Shown here: positions 9,918-21,469 of the stretch, one piece after another
Layout of the letters: each line of letters opens with the position of its first letter
Position numbering within the stretch: the first letter of the stretch is position 1
DNA from: Azolla caroliniana
Taxonomy: Eukaryota; Plantae; Polypodiophyta
Direction: 5' to 3'
Length of the DNA stretch: 33,140 nucleotides
Assembly: GCA_043228905.1 (NCBI GenBank)
Contig: JBHGNT010000340.1
Coordinates: forward strand, 1 to 33,140
Notes under the pieces: generated by a model
Seen by the model: the letters and a program-made list of their open reading frames with translations, nothing else
What the model was told of the DNA's origin: nothing
Databases searched by the model: none
Position numbers and translations under genes: made by a program

Positions 9918-10175
9918 TCTACTCTACTTAATTAAAATATATTCCGAATAACCATCCCATTCACATTCTGGTCTTTACTCTTTTGCCGGCCGGGTAACAC
10001 ATGGCACGCCCGTGGGACAGTACCTTGTATGTCGAATCCCACTATTCGGCCCTTAGCCTTCATCCAAGATATCCAGAATACTCTGCTCCAGGGTATCCAA
10101 TGGTTGTTCAGAACTCTGTTGTTGTGGTTGTGGCTGCTGTTGGTGCAGTTGCGGCTGCTGTTGTGACTCCTTCGA

Positions 10176-12972
10176 CTATTGCTCCTTAGATGGCGTCTGT
10201 TCGGCTCCCGGTACCGGTGGTTGTGGCGGTGATTCCTCCGTTAGCTGCTCCGCCAGATTTGACTCTGGTTGACTCGCCCCAGCCTTGTCTTCGTTCGGTT
10301 CTTGCTCCGATGATGGCTCCTCATCGCTGAGGTTGACGGTCGCCGCCTGCTTTGCTTCTTCTCTCCGTAACCTGGTCTGTTCATAGCTTTCAAACTGGAT
10401 TTGAGCATCCAGTCGATCATCATCTAGCTGTGCTACAAGTTGTCGGACCACTGTTGACTGCTCCTCCGCCAGAGTTACAAAATCTTCGGCTAACTCATCT
10501 CTTACGGCGGTGAAGTGCTCCTTCGTTAGCATGTAGCAGTCGTCGCCATCCTTCTTCCGGTTTTCCGCATCCGCCCGTAGCAACTGGAGCTCGGTTCTGT
10601 GCTTTGCTCATTTGTCCCACCATTGTGCGGAGCTTTCGTCAATCAAGCGTTTGGTCTTGTTCCTCCATGCCTGGACAATGAACTAGATCCGCTCCAATCC
10701 CATATTCGATTTGTCCTCCGCGGCTTGCCGTTCGTCCTTCAACTGCTTGATCAGTGCCACCGTATCCACCTCCTGCTCCCGGTAATGTGACAATTGGGTT
10801 TGATAGGTGTTCTGCAGCCTTTGCAAGACCATCGTCGCTCTTTCCTTCTCTTCATAATGTTGCTTATGGAGCTCCATCCGTTCTTGTGCGGCTTCCTCCA
10901 GTAGCGTGGTTCTTTCAACCCGTTCCTCCGCTAGCCCCGTCTCAACTCGATGCACCTCCTGCCGGAGCTTTGCCATCTTCTCCTGTTGTTTCTAATGCTC
11001 CATATCCAAGTGCTTGTAGTCCCGGTGCAGGTGCTCAAAATCATCGGTCTTCTGCTTCAGCTTTTGGTTGAGTTGCCGGTGAGCGCGGTCTTCCCAATCC
11101 TTCTGTTGACGGAGTTCTTCTTTAAGTCTTTCGATCTCTGTTTCCGCCATCCGTCGAAGCTTCTCCTTTTCTTGCAGCGCCTTCTCTTTCTCCTCCTTCA
11201 GCCAGTCATAGGCCTGATGCCCTTTCCGCAGATTCTCTTCTGCCCGACGGAGATTCTCAACAGTCTTTTGTTGCTCTTCTTTTGCCGCTTTCTTCAAGTC
11301 CCACTCTCGGGTGCGTAATGCTTCCTGTGCGGCCAGTTCATCTCTCAATTTAGCAAGCTCTTTTGCTTGCGTCGCCACTATCTCCGGGACTGGGTCCGTC
11401 TTCGGGGTCTTATTGCTATGTACAGGTGTCAGGGTTTCTTTATTCTGTACATCGACCGGAGTCACCGGTGCTTGGAGCTGTGGTCCGGTTAAGGCCATTT
11501 TGGCCAATTCTTCTGTGGCCAGGTCCAAGTCTTGTTCTAGGCTCCGGATCCTTGACCGAGTCATTTCTAGTTCTCCGGTTGTGACGATCAACCGGTCCAT
11601 TTGCACTTTCTCTTCCACCTCTATGTAGTGTACCACTCCGGCAATCTGTTCTCCAATCCACCGGAGCCATTGGCTACCGGTGCCCTGTTGTTGCGTCTTC
11701 CCAGAGGGTTGGCTGTTGGTGTCGCTGGCCAGTGGTCGGTTTTGTCCGGTTGCGTCGAGCTGCAACTCTGGCTCTTGTTGGTGACCACTTTGCCTTTCTA
11801 GTTGCGGCTCCGTTGGCCGCTCTGCCTCTGAATGCTCTTGGCCTGCCGGTGGGGTAGGCAACTGTACTTCCGGCGCTTGCATTTCGGGTCTTGCCGTATC
11901 CTGACCCGCCGATAGAGGTTGTTGTGCAGGGAGCTCTGTGACCGGTTCTGTCCGAACCGGTTCCAGTTTCGTCCTTGGTGCGTGCTGCTCAGTGCGGGGT
12001 ACATGCGTTCTGGACATCCTTCTTTGGGTCCGAATGCTCCCCGGCCTATTCGGAGGTACTTGCCTTCTGGCGCCGCTAGAGGTGCTCTAACGGTTCCTCC
12101 TCTGCTTCCTCCTCCTGAGTCCCGATGTTGATTTTTGCTGCCAAGGGGTCTGACGCTTGTTGAACCGGTCGGTGAAGCCTGATCTTGATTGGCCGTACCG
12201 GTGGCTCCTCCTGCGTTTCCACCTGCCGCTTCCTATTGGGACGCTTCTTTGCCGCCAGGTCCGTTTCAGCCGCCTTCCCTTTGGTTGCCTTAGAAGCCAA
12301 CAACTGCTGCCGTTTCGAGGCCGTTTTCGGGGTGCCTTCGGTTGTTCTTCCCCGCTTCGTGGTCTTGATGGGTTCGATAGGTGGCGCCAATAGGGTGAGC
12401 CATTGCGCCACTGCCGTCCATATCTTCCGACCTTCCTTGCCTCTGACAGAGTCGATGGCCGCACAGAGGCCATCCGCAAACAGTACCGCCCAGTCCACCT
12501 TTACGCCTTCATATGTGGCTATGATTAAGCTGGCCCGGTTCTGAGGCATGCACGGGGGTCGAGGGTATACATGTCCAAATTCATGGAGCACCCGGGCAAT
12601 CTCTCGACAGAGTGGGTCTTCGCCGCCCTGTGTCCGGTAGGCCTTGCCCTTGCTGGCCAGAGAGTATTCCCTAAAATATTTTCGGAGCTGTTCCGGGGTA
12701 GGGTTGTCGATAGTGAAGATTCCCCCTTTCAGAAGGCCAATCAACACATGGATGGCCTCCTCAGTCATCAGCTCCGTATCGATTTCTTTGACTATCTTCT
12801 CCGCCTCCCGGTGCGGTGGCGCCTTCATGATTGTGAGGAAACCTTCTAACCCATGTTGCCTTAGCCACTTCTTGGCTGCTTCAGAGAGTGCTTGGCAGTC
12901 CATGGCTTCATCGAGGTCAGTGAGCACTGGTGAGGGTTGTGTGTGAGGAGGCTCTCGTCTGCTGATCTTCAA
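10176..12972 (-). pseudogene. Extra ORF of the Gypsy element: N-terminal globular domain, low-complexity linker, long coiled coil
   Basis: ORFs 12017-10992, 10976-10683 and 10583-10176 are one frame broken by TAG stops, and 12972-12076 is offset by one frameshift. E/K/Q/R heptad-rich. IATYEGVKVDWAVLFADGL is reminiscent of Athila-type extra ORFs. Confidence 0.7.
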
Positions 12973-13273
12973 TCGCCTGTCTGCGTTTGTGCTCCTCTAT
13001 TCGCAAAATGTGAGGGTTTCTATGTGGCGGGGGTCTTCTTGTTGCATGTTGGTGCCTGTTTTTTTTCTTATCTGCGCGTGGTGTACTAAAGTAGAATGTC
13101 CTGCCATGTGGTGGCGGTTTAATACCCTATTAATAGCCCACTATGTACCTTTACAAAGTGCCTGTTCACTCCTTGTTCTTGCATGTGTCCGTTCACCCCT
13201 CGCCCTTGCATGATTTACTTTGATTTGATTTGATTTTTTTAAATTTTTATTTTTAAAGATAACAATGGTTTTG

Positions 13274-16200
13274 TTAATTCGCATCTGGTCCTATTGGACC
13301 CCTATCCGGATTGTGGTCCTTGCCGGCCATTGGACTTCTTGCCGTCGCGTCATTCTTGTTGTTTACCGGCTCATGCTCCCTCTTACCGGCTTCGCGCTTG
13401 CCGATTGCTGAACATGTTGCCGTCTCTTCCGACTTACCAGTGTCCGGTTCTGTGTCGCCCTTTACTTGTTCAAATGGGTTTCTTGGCATGGGTCCATGGT
13501 ATGGTTTGAGTCGGAACCCATTGAACCATTTACCCAGAACCTCACCGGCGAGTGTCCCTAATTGGTAGGAACCGTTGAACTCACGCGTAATCCAGTATGG
13601 TCCGGTCCACCGAAACCGTAGCTTTCCCGGCATCTTACCCATCCGGGTCTGGACCACGAGTACCGGTTTACCGATTCCGAACATCTTTTCGTTCCCTTTT
13701 CGTTGACGATCCACGAACACTTTCCTTCGCCGCTGCTCTAGTTCTAGGTGCATGATGCTGGCTAGCTGGTGTTCTTCCAATTTGCACAACGGGTTTAACC
13801 GGATAGCTTCCGATTCCTTCTCATTTAGGCGTTCCCGAATCTGTATTCGTAAACTCGGTACCTGGAACTCTACCGGCATCACTGCTTCAAATCCGAATGC
13901 TAGGCGAAACAGTGTTGTGCGGATACTTGTCTTATATGCCGTTCGGTAGGTTCAGAGTGCATTGTGCAGCTTTGTATCCCAATCCGTCTGGTTCTCATTG
14001 TCGATTTTTCGCAGGATGTTCTGTAGTGTTTTATTTGTTGACTCTGTTTGTGCACCACCGCATAAAATGTCGTCAAACTTTCCACTACTTGCCCTAAGAA
14101 GTGCCCACCTTGGTCACTTATGAGCTCTATCAGACATCCATATCGGCACTAGATGCATTCATATAAAATTTTTGCTGTGGATGCCGCGGTGTTGTCGCGT
14201 AGTGCTTTGGCTTCCACCCATTTTGTGCAGTAATCCGTAGCGACGATCACGTACCGGTTGCCAGTTCTCATGGCCGGTGGTTTGAATGGACCGACAAAAC
14301 CTAGCCCCCATTTCTGAAATGGTTTTACCGGTAGCACGAGCTGGTGAGGCATTCTGGCTTGTTCGGTTGGTTGGCCCATTTGTTGACATAGGTCGCATTC
14401 TTTAGCGTACCGGATTGCATCCTTCAATGTTGTCGGCCACCATAGTCCACTCTGCCATATTTTCCTTGCCGTAGTGTCTCCGGCATAATGTCTTCCAGCC
14501 ACGCTGCAGTGTACTTCGCGCAATATTATTCCCTTTTCGTCGCTGCGCACTACACGACGCCATATGCCATCTGCGCCTTTGTGTTACAATGTGTCTTGTA
14601 ATAGACAGAAGTGCTGGCTTTGAACCGCTAAGCGTTTCCTTTCGTCTTTGTTCATCTCCTCCGGAGGTAAGCCGGTGCTCAGAAATTGGTGCATGTTGGT
14701 GAGCCACTTGTCTTCTTCTGCAACCGTACTATCGGATGTCATTTCTGCCATGACTCCAAACAGCTCTGCATCCAGAAAGTCGTCTGGGACTCCGTCATTG
14801 GTTTCGCCGGAATCTAACCGGCTTAAATAGTCTGCTACCGCATGTTGTATGTCGGGTCGGTGGAATATCTCGAACTCGAATTCTTGCAATAGTAACGTCC
14901 ACCGGGCCAGCTTACCAGTGAGTGATGCTTTGGACACAAAGTAGAGAAGCGCCGAATGATCTACGTGAAAGGAAAATTTCCTTCCCAACAGATAGTGTCT
15001 AAACTTGGTGACACTGTAGATCATACCCAAAGCCTCCCTTTCTATCGTGGAATAATTACGTTCCCCTTGGGACAGCTTCCGGTTGGCATAATAAACTGGC
15101 CGGTACCATTTCGGCTTTGTAAGTTGCATCAGCGCGCTTCCGATTGCGATGTCGGACGCGTCAACGAACACATGGAACTCGTTAGACCAATCCGGAGGTT
15201 GCCCCACCGGCGCTTGTGACAACAGTACTTTTAGTGCCCGGTAAGCCTGGTCTTCTGTGTCCGTCCATCGAAACGGTGTTCGATGTACCGTGGCATGCAG
15301 TGGTGTAGCCATGTCTGCTAGATACCGGAGCATTCGGCTATGCCACCGAATTTGTCCTAAGAACCGGCTTAGTGCCTTTGCCGTGGCTAGTGCCGATGCC
15401 TCCAGGATTGCTTTTACTTTGTCAGGATCCACTACGATACCGTCCTTGCTCACTATGTGGCCTAGTAATGCTCCGATGTTTACTCCGAACACACATTTTG
15501 CCGGGTTCAGGCTTAGTCGGTAACCCCACATTTCTCCAGACATAGTCGGAGGTGCTGAAGGTGATCCCCTTCCTGGCTATAAACAACGAAGTCGTCCAAG
15601 AACACCTACATGAATGCTGGAATGAATTCTCCGAAAATCTCCTTGATGATCCGTTGGAAGGTTGCCGACACCGTTTTCAGTCCGAACATCATCACTACGG
15701 CAACAAAGACTCCCCATTCGGTGACAAAAGCGGTTTTCTCCTGGTCGGCATCCGGATCTGATTATAGCTGCTGAAACCGTCCAGAAAACTGTAGACCTCA
15801 TGACCGGGGACCGCATCTAGGACTCCATCCGTGAATGGAAGTGGGAAGGCGTCCGTTACCATAGCCGCATTCAATTTCTGGTAGTCGACACACACTCTTA
15901 TCTTACCGGTCGGATGAAGCCCACTCTTAGCAACTTGTCGATTTTTTCTTTGACTTTTGCTGCGTAATTCGGGTTCAACCGGTAATGTTGTTGCGCTACC
16001 GGTTTGGCATCTTTAATCAGATGTATCTGGTGTTGATACAACTGAGGATCGAGTCCCGGCATGTCCTCGTAGGACCAGGTGAACACATCGTGAAATTCTT
16101 TTAGGAGTGTGATCATTGCCGTTTTGTTCTCCGGGGTCATTTCCTTGGCGATGTGCACCGGTCTTGTGTCCTCTGTGGTACCTAGGTTTACCTCTTCTAG

Positions 16201-17203
16201 TTGGGATGCTTTCACGCGTTGCAATACTGCCATTTCTTTTTCCAGTGCCTCCTGTGCTTGCCATAATTCCCGGATTGCTTCTTTATTCGGTTCCTCGTCG
16301 GTCCCGTCCGGTTGCAGTACGTACGGTGATACTGCTTCGGCTACATCAATCTCGAACAGAGGTACGATCTTCGGATTTTCCTATAAGTATTGATCGACCT
16401 CTTCGTCCGCCAATCCTTCCAGCATGTTGACACATTCCGCATACAACGGCATTGATTCCTTGCTAGTATCGGATCGTGGTTGAGTTGGTACTCGTACTTT
16501 CGTTTTTCCACGCCGGAACGTAATTATATTCTTCCTCCAGTTTTGCTTTATGTGTGTTGTTTTTAACCAAGGGCGTCCCAACAATAGTGGGTAAGCTCCC
16601 TGAGCCTGTAGCTAGAGAACTACTGCGGAAATGCGAAATGTGTGACCCCCGATGGTCACTTCTAGATCACGTATTAATCCGGTCGGCCGTACTGAGCTTG
16701 TGCGCCATCCAAAGCCAAAATGGGCACGGTTCCTAGTCCTGGATTCCTAGCGTGTTACATGTTCGGAGGTTGATCACGTTCACGCCGGATCCTCCATCGA
16801 TAATCATGCCCGGTAGCTCATTTCCTTTCACAATGGTTGTGATTGCCGGACTCCTCGTGTCCACCACTGTCGGTCCTTCCTCCGGATTCGAAAAGAATGC
16901 CGGAGCCGGTGGTGTGTTAGCTGCCGTCCTTCCGGTCTTCAGTCCTTTCGTGAAGCGTGGTACCAGTTGCAACAGCCAACCTAACGCTTGCCATGTTGGG
17001 TTTTCGGGTTGCCCCGGGCTGGTGAGCTCTTCGGCATTCTCCTGTTGTTGTTCGAGCTCTACTGCATTCTGCTCATTTGCCTTCTTCACCCATTCGGTTG
17101 CCTGCTTCCGGATGGCTTCTTGAGTTTCCCACTCCGTGGCTTTGCCTTTTGATCTTGTAGTGACTTGTTGTATGTCCGCGACTTCCGCGTCTACCATGTT
17201 CAC
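13274..17203 (-). pseudogene. pol: Gypsy pol (protease, RT, RNase H, integrase), disrupted
   Basis: IIDGGSGVNVI and LGRPWL (protease); CVDYQKLN, LDGFSSYNQI and VFLDD near 15590-15605 (RT); VFVDASD and NYSTIEREALG (RNase H); H..H..CDLC, WGLGFVGP with D>G, and RWTGPY (integrase). Multiple stops and frameshifts. Confidence 0.95.
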
Positions 17204-17306
17204 CTTTGGTCGCTTGTCGTAGCTCTTCGCCGAAAACCGTGTTAATCCTTAGGGCCGGACAATGGCCTAACACAAGGTGTCTCCGGAAGACACTTCACCA
17301 AAGGGG

Positions 17307-17606
17307 TGTTACAACGAGGTAACTTAAGACACAACGATTAATCCGACTTAATCAGCTACTTAACAATAAGGCCTTCACTTAATACACGCGTAAGATATAA
17401 CAATTAACACAGAACGGTAATCAATATGTGACGATAAAACAAGAAGCTTATATTAATTCTCTATTAAAGTTTTACATTGTAACCGGGCCTTTATATAGGT
17501 CACTGGTGTTGCGTACAAAACGGTGCCAACCGGCACCTGTTCGGAACCGGTCCGGATCCGGATCGGCATACCGATTCCAGTCCGTCCGTTCACTAAATAA
17601 TTATAC
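17307..17606 (-). repeat. 5' LTR (outer end truncated)
   Basis: Matches 9650-9917. It ends ...GTAACA on minus at 17307 and is followed by CCCCTT-TGGTGAAG, a possible PBS. Confidence 0.85.
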
Positions 17607-19514
17607 CAAATCTCTATCCATGAATCAAGAATTAGCCCCGGTATCTACGAGTGTTGGGACATGAATTGGATGGTTGCTCATAGTACTAACTTCTAGTTGA
17701 GCTGAGAACACCTTGCTAACTTGCGTAGAAGAAATGGAACCACTAATGGGTTGCATAGATCCAGAGCTGTCCAACAAACATATTCTATTTTGGCTAGATT
17801 TAATCGTTTAACTCTTCTTCTAATTGGCGTAGAACTTCAAATTTGTTTGATAAACTTGGACTACTAGGATTATTAGATACTCCTAATGGAATAGACTCAG
17901 GTTTATCAATAGCAACTACTTGATTTGCCTTTCGTCTTGGCCTAATTAGACAATTTATTGTAATATGCCCTAGCCCACCACAATATAAACATACACGGTT
18001 CACTTGACATTGTTGCTTTTCTTCTTCTGACAATGGTCCACGACGATGTGGTGTATCGATTTCCATTGGTGTTGGTGCATTTGTAGAAGATGTATTATAT
18101 GATTCCTTTGAGAAGGGTTTTGCTACGATTGAAGCGCACGTGGGCTCCGATATTGTCCTTGGCATTTGTTGTTGTCGTTCTAAACATTGCTCAAAAAACC
18201 TATTATGAGATCACAATGCTCGACTAATTGCCTCCGTGAGTGACTTTGGTTCTTCTGGAAATGTCAAGAATAAACCATTCACATCATTGCATAGTCCAAA
18301 CCGAAATTGCTCCATCAATGCTTGGTCTTCCTATGGAATATCAGTTGCAAGTAGACAAAAATCAATGTAATAAGCTCAGGTAAGACGATCTCCTTGATGC
18401 AATCTTTGGATTTGATTGATTTCTATTCAATGACGCGGAAATGACGTTCGGCCACAACCGAGTCATAAAACAACGAATGGAAGAGAGAAAACTGAAAATA
18501 AGATGACACAGAACGTTAACATGGAAAACCCTAAATGGGAAAAACCACAGGAGCCCATAGACTCCAACTATCACTATGAGGGGAGGAATACAATGTGAGA
18601 CTCAGAGGCAACGACCTCGAGCTCTATGTCTTCGCCAGTCGGCGGTTACAACAAAAACTAGTTCTGTATCTCTCTCTCTCTCTCTCGCTTTCTCACTCTC
18701 TGTGTATAAAGATGATACAACCACTACTACACCATATTCACACAAAGTGATTGCCCTATGTCATATTTATACTTATATGACTGTTGGGCTATTTACAAAT
18801 ATAACCTCAATAGGCTAACCATGAAACATATTTACATGTATTTCCTTTGATCCTGTTTGCACCGAATCCATCTGGATTCACTCGATCCAGTTTCCAAGGT
18901 TCATCAGGAACCCTTCCGGATCTGGTTCTTTCATCCGACTCGTCCAATCCGGCTCCTCCAGTTCTCATCCAGATCCCATCCAGAGGGACCGAATTTCTAA
19001 CATTCGAGCACTATCAATATATCCAAAACACACGTTGAACTCACTAATAAACTCCTCGAAATTATTTAACAAAGGAGATCCTTTTTCCAACAAAGGGGCA
19101 AACCATGCTAATGTTGTACCACTAAATAATGTGCCTATTAGCCCCACTTGTGATGCATCGGCTGGATATATCAAGAAGGATGCATTTGAATTACCAAACA
19201 TACTTAGTTGAGGAACCTCTCTAAACTATGATTGCATTCCATCAAATTTCATGGGAAGACCAATCTTAGGTTCTTTAGGGATCCCTAGAGTACTCAGTTC
19301 TTGTTTTTGTAATGACACGGTAGTTGCTTCCAATTGTTGTACTCGTAACACCAACTCCCCGTGTTGTTGTTGCGTTTGTTGCTTTTCTAGACCTGTAATT
19401 TGTTGAAGATCTCTCAACAAACATTGATTTTCTTGTTCTAATGCTACAAACTTTTCTCTCAAGCATTGAAGCTACGAAAAGACGGATTGGTATTCTTGTG
19501 CACCAACAGATGCC
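17607..19514 (-). pseudogene. gag: gag-protease pseudogene interrupted by a solo LTR
   Basis: Fragments 19462-19226, 19201-19003, 18430-18170 and 18165-17800. The reading ...DSAR|IEINQIQRLHQGDR is restored on removing 18431-19002 and one TSD copy. Confidence 0.85.
18431..19002. mobile_element. Solo LTR (572 bp) with 5-bp TSD
   Basis: Begins TGACG and ends CTAACA. Flanks are TTCAA (18426-18430) and TTCGA (19003-19007). It interrupts gag cleanly and has TATA-like TATAAATA on minus near 18765. Confidence 0.85.
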
Positions 19515-19557
19515 ATTAGTACTTGAGGAAGGATAAGAAGACAAATTTAGTTCAATA

Positions 19558-20073
19558 TGTCAAGAACAATACTGGAGAGAGGGAGGATTAATACTAGAGA
19601 TAGAGAGGAGGGAGAGACTTTGAGAGAATCATGAGAGAGATAGAGACAGGGACAGAGTGTGTAAGAGGGAAGTACGATAACAAGAAGTATATTATATGAA
19701 AGGATTAATACTAGAGATAAAGAGGAGGGAGAGACTGTGAGAGAATCACGAGAGAGATAGAGAGAGAGACAAAGACAGAGACAGAGTGTGTAAGAGGGAA
19801 GTACGATAACAAGAAGTATATTATATGAAAGGAAGGCTTAATACTGGTGTTGAACAGAATTGGTTTTGAGTAATACAATATGCCTCAATTTATAGGATTT
19901 TCAGGAGTATTCCTGAAGTTTCTAGAATGTTCCAAAGTATTCTAGAGTATTACATGAGATTTCTGTAATGAAATAAATATTTTTTATATTAAGATAGTTG
20001 TCTTAATGGTAATACCTCCACTTGCCTATTATAAGGTCACAAGCTCAATTTGTTTTGAGGCCATATCATGACA
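19558..20073 (-). repeat. 5' LTR of the chromovirus-like element, with internal ~120-bp tandem duplication
   Basis: TGTCA...TGACA termini, TATAAA on minus at 19894-19889, and GA-rich duplicated blocks at ~19583-19700 and ~19701-19832. Confidence 0.8.
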
Positions 20074-20140
20074 ACATCCATGTTCGTGCATCGTGTGCAC
20101 TATACATGATCTCTCTAGTCAACGAATCTTCAAGTGAGAG

Positions 20141-20319
20141 TGTTGAAAATCAAACCCAACTTCCCCAATGAAATGGCTTTCACACTAGCAATGGTCACAC
20201 TAGGCTAGTTTTGTAAATAGCAAAAGGGCAGTTGCCCTAGGTTAGTTGGTATTTAAACCAACCTTTTGTAACTTAGTTATTGTTGGATGTAATTTATTTT
20301 TTGTTTAATATAGGTTCTT

Positions 20320-20379
<60 letters not shown>

Positions 20380-20490
20380 AAAGCTCTCTATAAGTTCACT
20401 TTGGCCATTGTTTTCAATGTTCTATAGCTCTTGGAAAGCTCTTTGAGAGAGCTTTCTAAAGAATGTTCATTTACTGAATTCTGTTACCGT
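20141..20490 (+). mobile_element. Probable Copia-type LTR portion
   Basis: Purine-rich AAGTGAGAG is followed by TGTTGAAAA, then TATTTAAA, TTGTAAC and a (CT)n tract. The right boundary is uncertain. Confidence 0.4.
20322..20376. repeat. (CT)n microsatellite
   Basis: About 27 consecutive TC units. Confidence 0.95.
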
Positions 20491-20679
20491 GGCGAGAAGT
20501 TATGAGCATTTTCATCCGCAGTCATCTTTGCCCTACGGTTCCTCAAACGGAAGGTAGATTTTGAAGCCCTAAATCGAGTGAAAGGTACATTCTCTCTCCT
20601 TCCCTCTCTGTCTCTCTCTTCCCGTAGGGTTTGTCCCTACAATGAGCCGAGATCACCAACAAATCTCGATTCTAATGCA

Positions 20680-21463
20680 ATGGACAAAATGCTGATGAGT
20701 CACTTGATTTCTCTTCAAGAAACAATAAACAAGCAAGGTGAAGAGATTAGGATGTTAATGAAAGAGAATGCTAAGCTCCAAAGTGTTGTCATTGAGAATG
20801 AAAGTCTTAAACAAGTGGTTGCAAAACTTCAAGAAGAGATTCAAGAATGTAAAAGAGCGTCTTTTGAAACAAATGAGCGCCTTAACAAGATTGAGTTAAA
20901 GGAAGCATTAAAAGAAGAAAAATTGGACACGATGAGGCGGGATGTAAGTGAGATGAAAAATGTATGTACAACGAAGTCATGGGCCGATGTATGTGGTGGG
21001 GATGTGCTAGCAAACTCATCTAATATGCATGTGATGCATCAAGAGAAGAATATAGAAAGCATAGATGTCCGAGAATTGAAAGAACGTGAACGACGATCAA
21101 AGAACATTGTCGTCCGTGGGATTAAAGAAGAGAGTATGGAAACACCAGCATCCCTTGGAAAGGCCATTGGTGAAATTTTTTAGCATGCATTATGGGATGT
21201 CAGATGTGAATGTATATGGGGCACACCGAGTTGGGAAACATGGTGTTACTCGCTCCGGAGAAAGGCCTATTGTATGCACAATGACAGATGATACAAAGCG
21301 GTGGATCATACTCGAAAATAGTTGGGTATACCTCAAAGGTACACAATGCTTTGTGAGTGAAGATCGTACAATCTCACAACAAAATGCTCGTCGTAAAGCA
21401 TATGAAGAAAGATTAAAAAATAAGGTTAAGGATGTGCCTAAAGATGGAAATGTAGCCAAATAG
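20680..21463 (+). pseudogene. LINE ORF1 (coiled coil + RRM-type), frameshifted at a T-run near 21176-21181
   Basis: A coiled coil followed by SWADV and RERRSKNIVVRGIKE continues in the next frame as AHRVGK..RPIV..FVSEDRT..RRK. Confidence 0.85.
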
Positions 21464-21469
21464 GGACAC

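Larger units (their letters stand above)
9650..17606 (-). mobile_element. Ty3/Gypsy LTR retrotransposon (non-chromovirus type), gag deleted, with extra ORF after integrase
   Basis: Direct repeats at both ends, PR-RT-RH-IN order on the minus strand, and a ~2.8-kb extra coding region before the 3' LTR. Confidence 0.9.
17607..20073 (-). mobile_element. Chromovirus-like (Tcn1/Tf1-type) Gypsy fragment: 5' LTR, gag and start of protease
   Basis: Gag motifs PKEPKIGLPMKFDG, QVGLIGTLFSGTTLAWFAPLLE and PTPMEID..RGPLSEEEK..CLYCGGLGH..C. Protease LVDTGANS near 17625-17650 is cut off at 17607. LTR at 19558-20073. Confidence 0.85.

Noticed and set aside
9739-9951. Duplicated small ORF MTIKQEAY... (also 17428-17664)
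   Set aside because: It simply reflects the two LTR copies, has a GTG start and diverges past the LTR boundary.
10176-12972. Retroviral env gene
   Set aside because: No signal peptide or hydrophobic transmembrane stretch is visible, so it is reported only as an extra ORF.
10599-17123. Numerous plus-strand 60-150-aa ORFs
   Set aside because: They are antisense shadows of the GC-rich Gypsy coding regions with no recognisable motifs.
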